Shown piece by piece: positions 52,394 through 64,000 of a DNA stretch of 64,000 nucleotides. The DNA is from Camelus dromedarius. Lineage: Eukaryota. The stretch covers positions 64,978,001-65,042,000 of the forward strand of contig NC_087436.1 of the NCBI RefSeq assembly GCF_036321535.1. The letters are read 5' to 3'. The number at the start of each line of letters is the position of its first letter. Position 1 is the stretch's first letter. The notes beneath the pieces were generated by a model. The model was given only the letters and a program-made list of their open reading frames with translations. It made no database searches and was not told the DNA's origin. A program made the translations under genes and the position numbers.

Positions 52394-55300
52394 GATTCAG
52401 AAAAATGTCTAATCAGGTCTTTTGCACATTTTTTAATCAAGCTGTTTTTGTTTGTTATTGAGTTGTGTGAACTGTTTACATATTTCGATCACATAATTTG
52501 CAAATATTTTCTCCCATTCAGTAGGCTGTCTTTTCATTTGTCAGTGATTTCCTTTGGTTTGCAAAAGTTTTTAAGTTTAACAAGATCCCATTTGTTTACT
52601 TTTGCTTTTGTTTCCTTTGCCTTAGAAGAGAGATCGAAAAAAAATACTACTATTTATGTCAAAGGGTGTTCTGCCTATGTTCTCTTTAAGGAGTTTTACA
52701 GATTCTGGTCTTAAACTTAGGTCTTTAATCCATTTGGAATTTATTTTTGTATATGGTGTGAGAAAATGTTCTAATTTCATTCCTTTCCATGCAGCTGTCC
52801 CGTTTTCCCAGCACCACTTATTGAAGAAACTATCTTTTTTTTCCATTTTTCTCCATTGTATGTTCCTGTCTCCTTTGTTGTGGATAAATTGACCATAAAT
52901 GTATGAGTTTATTCCTGGCTCTCTATTCTGTTTGATCTATGTGTTGATTTTTGTGGTAGTACCATAGTGTTTTGATTACTGTAGCTTTGTAGTATAGTCT
53001 GAAGTCAAGAAGCATGATACCTCCACTTCTGTTCTTCTTTGTCAATATTGTTTTGGCTGTTAGGGGTCTTTTATGTTTCCATACACATTTTAAAATTAGT
53101 TGTTCTAGTTCTGTGAAAAATGCCATTGGTATTTTGATAGGAATTGCATTGAATCTGTAAGTTGCCTTTGGTGGTATGTTCCTTTTAACAATATCAAATT
53201 TTCCAGTCCTTGAACATATTATATCTTTCCATCTGTTTTTATTGTTTTCAATTGCTTTCAGCAGTTTCTTATATTTTCTGAGTATAGGTCTTTACCTCTT
53301 GAGGTAGCTATTATTCCTACTATTCTCTTTTTCTTATTTTATTCTTTTTGATGTACTTGTAAGTGGGACTGTTTCATTAATTTCTCTTCTGATAGTTCAT
53401 TGTTAGTGTATAGAAATTCAACAGACATCTGTGTATTAGTTTTGTATCCTGCAACTGCACTGAATTCCCTGATGCACTCTCATAGCTTTTTGGTGGCGTC
53501 TGTAGGATTTTATATGTAGACTATCATGCCATCTGCAAACAGTGACCAGTTTTAACTCTTACTTTTCAATTAGGATTCCTTTCATTTATTTTACTTGTCT
53601 GATTGCTGTGTCTATGACTTGCTGTGTTGAATAAAAGTGGAAAGAGTGGACATCCTTGTCTTTTTCCTCATTTTGGGGGAAAAGCTATCAGTTTTTCACC
53701 ATTAAGTATGATGCCAGGTGTGGGCTTATCATACATGCCCTTTATTATTTTGAGGTATGCTCTCTCTGTACCTACTCTCTGGAGAGTTTTAATCATAAAT
53801 AGATGTTGAATTTTATTAAAGGTTTTTATGCATCTGTTGAGATGATCATATGCATTTTATTCTTTAATTTGTTACTGTGGTGTATCATATTGATTGAGTT
53901 GCAAATATTGAACCATCCTTGTATCCTTGGGATAAATTGTACTTGATCATGATGTATGATCCTTTTAACATATTGTTGGATGCAGTTTGCTAATATTTGG
54001 TTGAGGATTTTTGCATCTATGTTCATTTTTCATATTGGCCTGTAATTTTCTTTTTCTGTGATATCTCTGTCTGGTTTTGGTATTAGGGTGTTGCTGGCCT
54101 AAAGAGTTAGGAAGCATTCCTTCCTCTGCAAATTTTTGGAACAGTTTGAGGATAGGTGTTAACTCTTCTCTAAATGTTTGGTATGATTCACTTGTGAAGC
54201 ATCTGTCTTGGACTTTTGTTGGGAGTTTTTTAAAGTAATGATTCTGTTTCATTACTGGTAATGGTCTGTTCATATTTTCTGTTACTTCCTGGTTCAGTCT
54301 TGGGAGATTGTACATTTCTAGTAATTTGTCCTTTTCTTCTAAGTTTTCCATTTTGTTGCCTTATGGCTGTTCATAGTGATCTCTTCTGATCCTTTGTATT
54401 TGTGGTGCCAGTTTTGGTTTCTCCTTTTTCATTTTTAATTTTTTTCATTTTGATCCTTTATTTATTTTTCTTGATGGGTCTTGTTAAAGGTTCATCAATT
54501 TTGTTTATCTTTTTAAAGAACCAGCTCTATTTTCATTGATCTTCTCTATTTTTTTTTTAAGTTTCTATTTCAGTCTTTTTTGCTTTGATCCTGATGATTT
54601 CTTTCCTTCTATTGACTTCAGGTTTTGCCATTTCTTCTTTCCATTAACTGTAAGGATAAGTTATCATTTGAGATTTTCTTCTGTTCTGAGGAAAGCTTGT
54701 ATTACTATGAACATCCCTCATTGAACTGTTTTTGCTGTGTCCCATGGATTTTGGATTACTGTACTTTTCATTTATCTCCAGGTATTTTGTTAATTTCTTA
54801 TTTGATTTCTTCAGTAATCTGTTGGTTGTTTAGCAGATATTGTGTAGCCTCCATGTGTTTGTGGGTTTTTTTTTTTTTTCCAGTTTTTCCCATGTAGTTG
54901 ATTTTTACTCTTAGTATTGTGGCCAGAAAAGACATTTGATATAATTTCAATTTTCTTAAGTTTACTGGGGCTTGTTTTATGGCCTAGCAGGTGCTATATC
55001 CTGGAGAATGTCTGTGTTTACTTGAAAAGAATGTGTTCTACTGTTTTTGTGTGGAAAATTCTATATATATCTGTTAAGTCAACTGGTCTAATTTGTCATT
55101 TAAGGCAAGTGTTTGTATTGATTTTTCATCCAGATGATCTGTCCATTGATATAAGTGGGGTGTTAAAGTTCCCTAATATTATTATATTACTGTAGATTTC
55201 TCCCTTTATGTTTGTTAATATTTGCTTTATGTATTTAGATGGTCCCATGTTGTGTACATATATATTTACAATTGTTTTATCTTCTTGTTGGATTGATCCC

Positions 55301-55767
55301 TTGATCATTATGTGATATTCTATTTTTCTCATGTAACAGTCTTTATTTCACTATTTTGTCTGATATAAGTATTGCTACTCCAGCCTTCTTTTGAGTTCCA
55401 TTTGCATGAAATAGCTTTTACCATCTCCTTACTTTCATTTTGTTTTTCTATAATTCTGAAGTAAATCTCTTATAGACAGCATGTACATGCATCATTTTTT
55501 TGTATCCATTCAGCTATTTTGTATCTTTTGATTGGAGCGGTAAGTCCATTTACACTTAAAGTAATTATTGATATCTATGTACTTATTTCCATTTTATTCA
55601 TTGTTTGTCTTTTTTTTTGTAGTTCTTTTTTGTTCCTGTCTTCTTTTGTTCTCTTTCCTTGTGATTTGGTGACTATTCTTAGGGTAATATTTGGATTCCT
55701 TTCTATTTGTTTTATGTGTATCTATCATAGATTTTTGATTTGTGGTTACCATGAGATTTACATAGAG

Positions 55768-55802
<35 letters not shown>

Positions 55803-58704
55803 ACCATCTAACCAACTATCTATCTATATGATTATACATATGTGTATTTGCATTTATATATATGATAATTTTAAGTGCTGGTCTCTTAATTTCAAATGCA
55901 TTTTAGCAACTCTACATTTTCAGTCTCCTAGCCTGATGATTATGGTTTTTGATAACATATTTTACATCTATTTGTTTCTTGTATCCCTTAACTGCTTAGT
56001 GTGGTATAGGTAATTTTACTGATTTTGTCTTTTAACATGATCATGTTTGTACATGGTCGATTTACTACCTTTACTGTTTATTAGTCTTTATCAATGAGCT
56101 TTTTTATTATTTAATTTTATTGTTTCTAGTTGTGCCCTTTCTTTTTCATTTAGACATCTGCCTTTAACTTTTCTTGTAAAGCTGGTTGGTGGAGCTGAAC
56201 TCTTTTAGCTTTGCTTATCTGTAAAAACTTTTGATTTCTCCATCAAATCTGAATGAGAGCCTTGCTGAATAGAGTATTCTTAATTGTAAGTTTTTCCCTT
56301 TCACTTTAAATATATCATGCCACTCCCTTCTGGCCTTCAGAGTTTCTGCTGAAAAGTCAGCTGATAGCCTTATGGGAGTTCCCTTGTATGTAACTTATGG
56401 CTTTTACCTTGCTGCTTTTAATAATTTATCATTAATTTTTTGCCATTTTATGTGCCATTTAATTTACAATGTGTCTTGGTGTGTTCCTCTTTGGGCTAAT
56501 CCTGTATGGGATTCTCTCAGTTTTCTGGACTTGGATGTCTTTCCTGTCCCAGGTTAGGGAAGTTTTCAGTTATTACATCTTCAGTTATGTTCTCTGTCCC
56601 TTTGTCTCTCTCTCTTCTCCTTCTGGAACCCCTATAATGTAAATGTTAGTACACTTAATATTGTCGTAGATGTCTCTTATACTGACCTCATTTATTTTTA
56701 TTCTTTTTTAATTTTCTTTTCTGCTTTAATGATTTCCACTACTCTGTGTTCCAGCTCACTGATCTGGTTCTTCTGTATCATTTAGTTTTCTGTTGATTCC
56801 TGCTAGTGTATTTGTCATTTCAGTGATTACACTCTTTATCTCTGTTCGGTTGTTCTTTATTTTTTTCTAATTCTTTAAAAAAAATTCTAACTTCTCTCTC
56901 TGTTTATCCATTCTTAGCCAGAGTTCTTTGATCGTCTTTAAGATATTTACCTTGAACTCTTTGTTGAGTAGATTGCCTATTTCCCACTTTACTAACTTCT
57001 TCTGGGCTTTTATCTCATTCCTTTGAAATGTGTTCCTCTGTCACCTCATTTTGCCTAACTTGTTTTTATTTCTGTGTATCTGATAGGTTGATTATGTTTC
57101 CCAATTTTGGAGAAGTGACCTTTTGTAAGAGATATCTGATACGTCCCAGGAGTGCACCCCTCTGGTCACCAGAGCTGTATGCTCTAGGATTTCCCCTTAT
57201 TTGGGCTTCATGAGTCCTTTTGTTGTGGTAGGCTGACTGCTCTGGGAGCCTGGTAGGTGTGCCTGGTCCCAAGTCTATTGATTGCCAAGCTCTGCCTTGT
57301 GCAGAGGCTGCTGGCTATTGGTTGGTGGGCTGGGTCTTGAGGTGGCTGTCTGTGGAAGCCTGGGAGGCCTTGGGGCTAGTGCTGGCTCACTGTTGGCCTG
57401 AGTCAGGGGCCAAGAGATCCCAGGACTGGTGCCTGCCCACCAATGAATGAAGCTAGGTCCTGGGGCTAGTGCTGGCCCACTGGCAGGCAGAGCTGTGTCC
57501 TGGGCTCTGGCTGCAGGGACTAGGGTTCCCAGAGCTGATGTTGAACCACTGGAGGGTGAGGCCAGTTCCTGACACAATTGACTTTGAGGTCCAGGGTGTC
57601 CCAAAGCTTATGTTGGCCTGATGGTAGCTGGAGCTGGGGCCCAGCCAGACATAGGCTGGTGCTAGCTAGACTGAAGGGAGGCAATTGTCCTAGGGCTGGT
57701 GCTTGCCCACTGGTGGATGAAGCTGGTCCCAGTGCTAGAGTGGGCTCATCAGTGTGCATGCCCAAAGCCTAGGGGATTTGAGGGATAGTGCCTGTTCACC
57801 GGTGGGCAAACCCGTGTCCTGGTTTCTCTGGTTGTTGAGTCCCAGGTCTAGTACCTGCCCACTGGTGTGTGACGCCATGTCCTGGGGTCTCTGGTGGTCA
57901 GGACTATGTCCAGGGGTGGCTCAAGGGGTCTAATGGCAGCTTGTCTGCTGTTGGATGGGGCTGTGTCCCCACCCACTTAGATGGTTGGCCTGAGGCATCC
58001 CAGCATTGGTGCCTACAGGCTTGTGGGCAGAGGTGGGGCTAGATGCTGAGGCTAAGAAGCTAGATGGGGGATTTCAAAATGGTGCTTGCCCCTACCAGTG
58101 ACCATATGGTGGAATGAGCTCACAGTAATGGCTGCTGCCAGTATCTATGTCCTCAGAGTGAACTGTAGTTGCTGCCTGCCTCTCCTGGACACGTGCCAAG
58201 ATCAGCAGGTAGGTCTGATCAAAGCTCCTTTCATATTTTTGCTTCTTCCTTGGGTCCTAAACGCGTGTGATATTTTGTATGTTCCCTTTAAGAATGGAAT
58301 CTCTATTTCCTTCAGGCCTCTGAGGTTCCAGAAAGTAGGCCCTGCTGGTCTTCAAAGCCAAAAGTTCTTGGGTGGTCATCTTCCTAGTGCAGGAGCCCCA
58401 GGCTGGGAGCCCTCTGTGGCTCAGACATTTCATTTCTTGGGGACAATTTCTGTAATTGCAATTGCAATTCTCCTGTTTGTTGGTTGCCCACCTGGGGGTA
58501 TGGGTCTTGACTGTACTGTGACTCTGCCCTTCCTACCTGTCTTGTTGTGGTTTCTTCTTTATATCTTTAGTTGCAGAAGATGTTTTCTGGTAGGTTTTGG
58601 TCTTTTTCTTCTAGAATTGTATTGTAAATAGTTGTAATTTTGACGTGCCAGTGAGAAAAAGTGGATTCAGGGCCTTTCTACTCTGCCATCTTGGGAACTT
58701 CTCC
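52394..58704 (-). mobile_element. Decayed LINE-1 body (5' UTR with repeated monomers, ORF1, ORF2) lacking its own 3' end
   Basis: ORF2 peptides ([60 protein letters not shown]); 5' end GGAGAAGTTCCCAAGATGGCAGAG; GC-rich repeated 'ggggctagtgctggcccactg' units at 57240-57900. Confidence 0.95.
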
Positions 58705-58779
58705 TTGATACCTTTTTTTATCTCAATGGAGCTTACAAGTCACAAAAATATTTAATTATAATATGGAGTAGATTTAATG

Positions 58780-59140
58780 GAGATAAGATTATACTAATTT
58801 AACTGTGGAACTGGTCTGATTGGGGAAGGACTGATGATAGTGATGATGGTGGTGGAGGTTAGGAACAGTTTAGGCTTTTACAAGAATATAATAAGATGAT
58901 ACTTCAAGTTTGGGAGCTGTTTCAAGCAGAGAGAACAGCATATATAGAGGCCCTGGGAAAGGGAAAATGTTCTAGGAACTGAAAGAAGATCTGAGTGGCT
59001 AAGTATGGAAAAGAAGGAGAATGGTATGGAATGGGACTTTAGAGGTAGGCAAGGGCTAGATCTCAGAGGTTCTCACTGGTAACTGTGGTTTTAAGCAGTG
59101 AATTAGCATGATTTTATCTAGGTTTCAAAAAGAATCACCA
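58780..59140 (-). mobile_element. L2 fragment
   Basis: 'caagcagagagaacagcatatatagaggccctggg...aggaactgaaagaag...agaggtaggcaagggctagatc'. Confidence 0.7.
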
Positions 59141-61239
59141 AAGTTGTATTTCTCTTTTAAAAAAACTTGATAGCTCCTTGCAGCCTATTCTACAATAATT
59201 TTTCATACCGCCTTCTGTAGATCCCTACTATTAAGATTTTTATCTTGATTTATTGCTAGCAGTCTGTTTTTATTTTAAGTAAGCATTAACTTTTCAAATT
59301 CTCCTTGAAGAAAAGTTGATTGAAGATGGAATTTTAAGTAGAAGGGGAGGAGAGTGTTAGACGCTTCACTTCTCTGTGCAAACCCCTCTTGCACCCCTTG
59401 TTGCTTTGTGTTGAACTTATCAGTTTATCAGTTTTCCCAAATTGACTGCAAAGAGGTCAGAGAAGGGGCTTCAGTCATGTTTGTAAACTGAATTACCAGG
59501 GACTCAGCAGCTGTTAAATGCATTTATATTAAATAGACATATTTAATCCAATTAAAGATGTTACAGGAAGACTATTTGCTTACAATTAATGCAGGGAGCT
59601 ACAACATTTCACACAGAGAAATGGAATTTTACCAAGAAGAACTGAGGCATTTGTTCTCTTTTTTATTGCCATAGTAACAATGCACTTTTCGGTGTGTCCT
59701 TATAATATTCACCAGTTCTCCACTTTGCTGTCTTTAAAAATAGGAAGAAAACACACTGTCCATCTGGAAGGAAAAGAAAATAAGGAAGATAATATTAAAT
59801 ATAATTTGAAATAACATATGCAGTCATTTTTACTGGGTGCCACCATGTTCAAAAATAGTAAGAGATATATTTTACAGTATAATATCATTAGTCTGAAAAC
59901 TCATGGGAAAATTCATGATGTCTCACATGTATACACCATTCAAAATGCTGATTTTGAGGGTTTATGACTATATTTCTATAAGAAACCATGGCAACTTAAG
60001 TATTGGACCTCTTTTTTTACAGTCTCAGAAACCACAGGGTATCTGTAGATGGTAAGCATCCTTTTTATAATATCCTGCCTCACTAATAGTGCCAGACCAA
60101 TGCAGCTGTTTTCCTCAGGACACTTCCACCAAATATGTTAATTAATGTTAGCTTGTTTGTTGCATCTCATTTGCTATGTGTTTGATTTGAAAACCTACTT
60201 TTTATCTTAATAACATACATAAGATGACAAACAAGTAAATTTAGGATCTATAAGAGCTTGATCTAGCACTATATTTCACAAAGAGAAAAAACTGGAAGTG
60301 TCACCAAGGGTAGTGAAGGAAGGGAATGAATGTTAAGTGTGTGTATAAGTATGTGTGTGTGTGTGTATACATGTTTATATGTTTATATACACATATGTAA
60401 GTTATGGTGTACATGTCTATATATACACACAAAATAACAAACATACAAATTAATAGTATAAGAGTTAATGTGTTAAGCATCTACATAAACAAGTATCCAC
60501 CTTCCCCGTAGGGCAAATATTGTCCTATTTTGGTGAAGGCAAAAAGAAAAAAATAAGCAATTATTTTATGCTTATTTATATTATAATGAAGAGTAACTTC
60601 TTTCAATAACTTTGCCTCAGATTCATTGACTAACCAAGGTCAAAGAAAGGTATAAGTATATGATAGAAAGCCCAAAAATTATGGAGCCAGGCATAGAACA
60701 TTTGACCTTGTGCACGTCTCATGAATGCTTTATAAAATAAAGTGTGCATGGTGATAATTGTTACCTTGTAGCATTATTTGTTATGAAGATTTAATGGAAA
60801 ATGTTTCTATAATGATCAGAGGATACTGTTCCTCTCAAAATTGAGATAAGGAACAAAGAGATAAGAGTTACTTGAGAATAAATCCTAATCTCCAATACTC
60901 CTGTGGCTTTATATTAATGCCACTTTAAATATAGATGCAAAGGGAAGTTGTAGGCCTGGCCCATGTGAGACCTGAGATATGAACTCAATCCTTCTAAGTC
61001 CAAAGGGCATGAGCAGTGGTCTTTTCACAATGCCACAGCTGACTGAAAATGATATCTGGGAAGGTTTCCTCCCATGAACAATTTAAGGCAAATTAAATTA
61101 GTTTCTATCAGCAAATATATACCCCAAGGTAAATGGACACAGGGAGATTATGATGGGAAGTTGCATCAAGAAAATTCCACATTACATGAGTGATCTTATA
61201 GACATGAAGGCTCTGAACCTCATTTCAGGGGTAAAAAGG

Positions 61240-61545
61240 AAGAGATTCCATATGGCATTCTGGAGTAGAGAAATTTTAGAGCAATGAAAATATTTTTTAT
61301 GACATTTTAACGATGGATATCTATGTCATTATATTTTTGTCCAAACTAAGGTGAACTGTGGACTTTGGTGATTATGATGTGTCAAAGTACGCTCATCCTT
61401 AATTAAAAAAAATAACAAAAACAGTACCACTCTGGTAAATAAAAATAATGACGATGCTTATGTGTGGAGAGGTATTATATGGGAAATTTCTTTAACCTTC
61501 CTGTCAATTTTTTTGTAAACCTAAAACTACTCAAGAAAAAACGTC
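61240..61545 (+). mobile_element. L1MC-like 3' UTR fragment with internal deletions
   Basis: 'tggcattctgga...atggatatctatgtcattatatttttgtccaaac...actgtggactttgg...tttgtaaacctaaaact'. Confidence 0.75.
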
Positions 61546-62977
61546 TTAAAAACAAGAAAACTCAGGGTAGATGTTTCTGGCAAAACTTTGGTTTCAGTTG
61601 TATACATATATGTGTCTGTTTGTTGGATTGTGATATAAAATATATTTTTTAGGTCAGAAAAGTTAGCAAGCCATTATAGTTATGTTACACTGGCAAATAT
61701 AAGCAAAAATTTAAAAAAAAATTGCACATTACAAGGACAAGTTCTCGAGGGCAAATGTGAATAAGAGTGTAACTTATTATCTATGTTCTCACCAGATATC
61801 CCAGAGCTGGAATGGCCTAAAGGAGAAAAAATAGTACAAGAAGTGCCACTAAGAAACACTTAAATATACTTTGTGATCTGGTTCCATTCCAAATTCACAT
61901 TTCTTTGTTCCTTGACTTGCAAATCATAAAGTAAATGTTCAACCAACAGTTACTGTGTGTCAGACACTGTTCTAGATACTGGGAATGCCTGTCTGAACAA
62001 AAAAGATGAATAGTCCTGTTCCAATGAAGATTAAGGTGTAGTTGGAAATATTAAAGTGCTTCTGGGCCTCTCACAAATGGTTGTTTTCACCTATGACCCT
62101 TCTACTTGCAGTTCTCTTTCCCTCCTCTTCAACGAGGTCATCTTCCATAGTCTGCTTAGTTCTCGTGTCTTTCAGGAAGCCTTCTGGAATCTTGTCATAT
62201 GGATGCTATTCTCATAACTTATGTGCCTCTAATATTGCACTTAACATAGTTCTTTATTGGTATCTGCTTTTTTTTTATTTGCTTGAAGGCAGGATCTTGG
62301 TCTTCTTTGTATGTATGTCACCTGTGCAATACAAGTTTTCTGAATAAAAGAATAAACTTCCTTTTCAAATAACTTCCTCTCCAAGAGCTATCCTTGTTTT
62401 ATTATATATATATAATATATAAAATATATTATATATAATATATAAATATACTTATAATTAAGTAAAATTAATTATAAATAATAATGATAATATCTATAAT
62501 AAGTAATAATAAATTATATATGTGTCTATTGTATATATCTGTTCGCTGCTTGAATTTTGGTAAATGTTTAGTTAAATTTTCCCAGTATGTTGTTCTTTAT
62601 TGATCAAATGACTAGGTCTCTGCCAAATTTCTGCATCAACTTGGAATCATGTACACCTGTTTTTCCCTGTCCTTGAAGATCCCTTGAAATAAACAAAAGA
62701 ATATGTAAAATAATTATATAATAGAAACATAAGAAAGCATAATATTCACAGTTAATATAACTAGCACTAAATAACTGTTCTGTCGATATCCTTAAATTCC
62801 CTGTATATTAATAGTAAGGTAATATTTTGTGAATTAAATGCACTCACACATACATACACAGAGATAATGACTGATATTCTTAGCACCATTTTCAAAGATT
62901 TTGAGTAGCACATTAGCCCAAAGACGATAATAATTTAAAAAGGAACAAATTCCAAACCCATTAGGGAGAAAAATTAC

Positions 62978-63154
62978 CAATGGAGCTGGAGTCGATCTGA
63001 TATATCCAGCAAAATTGGGTATAGCAACTTGAATAATGATCCGGAAGACTGGCAGAGTGATTGATAGACTCCTATTAACCCATGGGGTTCGGAGAGGATT
63101 TCTTTGCTCTCTTTCTGGAGTTGCAGCAACTGGCATGGTTCCTTTAATCTGCAG
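62978..63154 (-). CDS. Candidate internal coding exon (177 nt) of an unidentified gene
   Basis: Acceptor ttctcatacacttcag (alternative ctgcag 6 nt further), donor TTG|gtaatt; length divisible by 3; two frames open; GC/CpG content higher than flanks; no repeat similarity recognised. Confidence 0.5.
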
Positions 63155-63499
63155 CTGAAGTGTATGAGAATATATGATGAATTAACATGGAGTGTTCTTC
63201 CTTTCTCACTGTCAGTTTTATTAAAATAGGAAAAATACACTATTAGACATACACATTAGACAATCTTGGATTTAATAATTATCCATTTCCTCTGTGATTT
63301 GTTTACTAATTATCTCTGATTCCTCATCAGCTTAGTTTTTTGTTCTGCTAAATGAGCAGATGCTTAAATAGTTGCTGATAGCATCTCTTAGCCTATCCTT
63401 CCCCCTTCCCTTCATAATTCTTGCTTTAAGATTAAATAGTCCTTCCCTCTTACTAATAACCTTAGTTCTTCAGAAGCCATGTGTGGAGAAGGGAGGTGA

Positions 63500-63680
63500 G
63501 CATTACCTGGACTGACTTTGCTGCTCTGTGACTTAACAATTGAGTGATCTTGGCCAACCCTGGGCCACTTACCCTTTCTGCATTTTCTTACTTGTGAAAT
63601 AAAGAAGTATCTCACAGCATTATAATGAGATTGAATGATACTACAGGCAAATCATCTAGTACACTGTAAGCACCCAGAAG
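63500..63680 (+). mobile_element. MIR SINE
   Basis: 'gagtgatcttggcca...cattttcttacttgtgaaat...tatctcacagcattataatgagattgaatgata'. Confidence 0.65.
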
Positions 63681-64000
63681 GGTTAATTCCTTCTCTGTCC
63701 ATGAGTATTGCTCTTTTTGTGACTACATTGTCACCTTATTTTTCTTTATTACAACAACAAACTGAAAGGAAACAAAGCATATATTTAAACCCTAATTTTA
63801 CACAGAAAGAAACATAGTTACTAGCCCAGGTTCACTTAACTAGAAAGGTCTAGAGACAATAACCTTTAGGTTATAACCTAGGTAATCTGGTTCCTATCAA
63901 CCATAGAATTTTTATTAATAAAGAGAAATAGGTGGTTTTGGTGCCAACTACAATACCAGGTTCTGTGCCAAGCATTTAATTTTCATTGTTTTATATAACC

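Noticed and set aside
57240..57900. GC-rich interspersed direct repeats (CRISPR-like or CpG-island-like)
   Set aside because: Degenerate monomers of an L1 5' UTR; CpG-depleted, no constant repeat with unique spacers, eukaryotic context.
58086..58631. 181-aa plus-strand ORF, the longest in the track
   Set aside because: Antisense to an L1 5' UTR, starts at a non-ATG codon, no recognisable protein features.

Overview
AT-rich, CpG-poor mammalian genomic DNA. It is probably camelid (Camelus/Vicugna/Lama), judged by eye from three copies of a tRNA-derived SINE of that type. Much of the window is transposon remnants. These include a full-length ~6.2 kb minus-strand L1 with a 15-bp TSD nested in an older L1, and a ~7.3 kb minus-strand L1 that looks like a chimera of two subfamilies. 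There are also many L1/L2/MIR fragments, MaLR and ERV solo LTRs, Tigger and hAT elements, and microsatellites. I can name no intact gene, and most ORFs in the supplied track are L1-derived or low-complexity artefacts. In the unique sequence I see a chain of 6-7 plus-strand exon-like segments (24.8-39.7 kb). They join through phase-2 introns into one protein-like sequence only if several 1-nt indels and stops are tolerated, making this a candidate decayed gene of unknown identity. There are also 1-2 minus-strand exon candidates (63 kb, 42 kb) that may be the 3' end of a convergent gene. All repeat family names come from recalled consensus similarity, not from a database search.
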